Source of the DNA: Spirochaetia bacterium
GTDB taxonomy: Bacteria; Spirochaetota; Spirochaetia; SZUA-6; Bin103
Length of the DNA: 64,000 nt
Direction of reading: 5' to 3'
Assembly (NCBI GenBank): GCA_965198005.1
Contig: CBDAOI010000004.1
Coordinates: 864,001-928,000 of the forward strand
In this document: positions 62,250 through 64,000 of the stretch, piece after piece
Numbering within the stretch: the stretch's first letter is position 1
Layout of the letters: each line of letters starts with the position of its first letter
Made by a program: the position numbers and the translations under genes
Notes under the pieces: generated by a model
Seen by the model: only the letters and a program-made list of their open reading frames with translations
Told to the model about the DNA's origin: nothing
The model's database searches: none

Positions 62250-63377
62250 ATGCGGTCTCGCGGCTTCTTTCCCAGATGGCGAGCGGCGAAGGAGTTGTGT
62301 TTGCCGCGGCGCTGGTTTCCCCGATCCCCGTTCCCGTCCGGATCGCCGGTGGTGCTCCGTCTTGCGCGCGGTACGGCATTGCTGCTCGGCGTCGGCGCGG
62401 TGCTGGTGGTGACCGCGGCCGCGCTCGGCTCGTACGCCATTCCGCTGTCCCAGACCGCGGCCATCCTGCTCGATCAGGTGGGGATCGGCGCCGGTGCGGC
62501 CGGTGACACCGAGCGGGCGATCGTCGAGACGATCCGGCTGCCGCGCATCGTCCTGGGGTTGCTGGTGGGGGCCGCGCTCGGCACGGCCGGCGCGGTCATG
62601 CAGGGGCTGTTCCGCAACCCGATGGCCGACCCCGGAATCATCGGCGTGTCCACCGGCGGGGCGCTGGGCGCGGTGATCGCGATCGCCATCGGCGCGCAGG
62701 CGGCGTTTCCGCTGGCGCTGCCGGCGATGGGGTTCGCCGGCGCGGCGGGTGCGCTGGCGCTGGTGTTTGCCGTGGCCTCGGTGGGCGGGCGGTTTTCCAT
62801 GCCGGCGCTGCTGCTGGCCGGGGTGGCAGTGAGCCTGTTCATCGCCGCCATCATCGCCGCCATCGTGCTCTCCACCCGCGACCTCGGCGCGCAGCGCGAG
62901 ATGATCTTCTGGCTCGCCGGGGGGCTGGACGCTTCGCGCTGGACCCACGTGCGGCTCGCTGCGCCGTTCATATTGGCCGGGACGGCCGCGGCCGTGCTGC
63001 TGGCGCGCGACCTGAACCTGCTCACTCTGAGCGAGGACGAGGCGCGGGCGCTGGGCCTGCGCGTCGGCGCCACGCGCACCGTCCTGCTGCTGGCCGCGTC
63101 GCTGGTCACCGGCACGGCGGTGGCGTTCTCCGGCACCATCGCCTTCGTCGGGCTGATCGTGCCGCACGCGCTGCGCCTGCTGGCCGGCGCCGACCATCGC
63201 GTCCTGGTGCCGCTGAGCGCCCTCGGGGGCGGGCTGTTTCTGCTCGCCGCCGACACCCTGGCGCGCCTCGCCATCGCCCCGGCGGAGGTGCGCGTGGGCA
63301 TCATCACCTCGCTCGTCGGGGCGCCGTTCTTCATCATCCTGCTCGCCCGCCACAAGGCGCGCGCGGGCGCGCTCTAG
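62250..63377 (+). CDS. btuC: FecCD/BtuC-family ABC permease (start uncertain)
   Basis: IRLPRI, QGLFRNPMADPGIIGVS.G, EARALG, FVGLIVPH, GAPFF. Confidence 0.92.
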   Translation: MRSRGFFPRWRAAKELCLPRRWFPRSPFPSGSPVVLRLARGTALLLGVGAVLVVTAAALGSYAIPLSQTAAILLDQVGIGAGAAGDTERAIVETIRLPRIVLGLLVGAALGTAGAVMQGLFRNPMADPGIIGVSTGGALGAVIAIAIGAQAAFPLALPAMGFAGAAGALALVFAVASVGGRFSMPALLLAGVAVSLFIAAIIAAIVLSTRDLGAQREMIFWLAGGLDASRWTHVRLAAPFILAGTAAAVLLARDLNLLTLSEDEARALGLRVGATRTVLLLAASLVTGTAVAFSGTIAFVGLIVPHALRLLAGADHRVLVPLSALGGGLFLLAADTLARLAIAPAEVRVGIITSLVGAPFFIILLARHKARAGAL

Positions 63378-63396
63378 CCGTCTTGGAGGACGAGAC

Positions 63397-64000
63397 TTGA
63401 CGGTTGTTGGAAGGGCTCGGCCGGTAGTTGCCGGGTTGTTGCTGGGCGCTTGGTTGTCGGGTGCTGCGGCGCTCGGCGTCGCCGACACGTATCCGGCCGT
63501 TCCGGGCATCGTGGACGTGACCAATCGCGGTTGGCCGAGGGAGGTGGAGACGGGTGAGGGCCTGGTACGCCTGGAGGCGCCGCCGCAGCGCATCCTGGCG
63601 CTGTCGCTCGGCCATGACGAGATGCTGCTCGCACTGGTGGGACGCGAGCGGCTGGCCGGCGTCGGGCCGCTCGCCGCCGATCCGACCTACTCCAACGTCG
63701 CCGACCACGTCACCGGGCTGGATACGCTGTCGTCGACGGACCCGGAGAGAGTCCTGGCGATGCGCCCCGACGTGGTGGTGGTTTCCCGCTATACCAAGGC
63801 GGACCTGGTAGCGCTGCTCAGGGAGGCGGGCGTGCCGGTGGTGCGCACCGCCCTGGAGAATTCAGCCGCCGGCAACATCCCCAACCTCCTGCTGCTGGGC
63901 TACCTGTTCGGCGTCGAGGAGCGTGCGCTGCAACTGACCGCGGAGATCGAGGAGCGCATCGCCCTGGTGACGGAACGGGTGCCGCCGCCGGGCGACCGGT
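63397..64000 (+). CDS. btuF: Cobalamin/iron-siderophore substrate-binding protein, runs off the window
   Basis: ggagg RBS, TTG start, signal peptide, PPQRILALSLGHDEMLLAL, PERVLAMRPDVV. Confidence 0.85.
   Translation, partial: MTVVGRARPVVAGLLLGAWLSGAAALGVADTYPAVPGIVDVTNRGWPREVETGEGLVRLEAPPQRILALSLGHDEMLLALVGRERLAGVGPLAADPTYSNVADHVTGLDTLSSTDPERVLAMRPDVVVVSRYTKADLVALLREAGVPVVRTALENSAAGNIPNLLLLGYLFGVEERALQLTAEIEERIALVTERVPPPGDR

Overview
High-GC bacterial chromosomal window with no rRNA, tRNA or CRISPR array seen. The housekeeping backbone comprises ilvD, leuD, leuC, acpS with an AMP-ligase/ACP/acyltransferase fusion, a Zn/Mn ABC transporter with Fur/Zur-like boxes, a MEMO1-like gene, a MoaD-MoeB-rhodanese fusion with JAB and cysM, ybdK, an XPB helicase pair, an antiporter/PTS-IIA pair, a DraG-type ADP-ribosylglycohydrolase, and a cobalamin riboswitch with btuC/btuF. 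It is interrupted repeatedly by defence and toxin-antitoxin cargo: AAA ATPase+PIN, AAA+DUF3226, Fic, DUF433/PIN, McrBC, an archaeal-type ATPase-nuclease, ImmA/PIN, HEPN/MNT, a decayed type 3 BREX with a nested MTase/DUF262/RelA-SpoT cassette, AbrB/VapC, and an intact lower-GC three-gene cassette. Much of this cargo is internally deleted. Four observations stand out: (1) short second copies of host gene ends (ilvD, the acpS/ligase junction, znuA, leuC) at cargo borders with no integrase in the window; (2) the intact three-gene cassette at 59.8-61.8 kb, a candidate chaperone/antitoxin/ART-fold toxin system next to an ADP-ribosylhydrolase; (3) the MTase-DUF262-RelA/SpoT cassette inside BREX; (4) widespread apparently leaderless promoters. 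All family assignments come from motif recognition by eye; no searches were run, and some junctions could be assembly artefacts.
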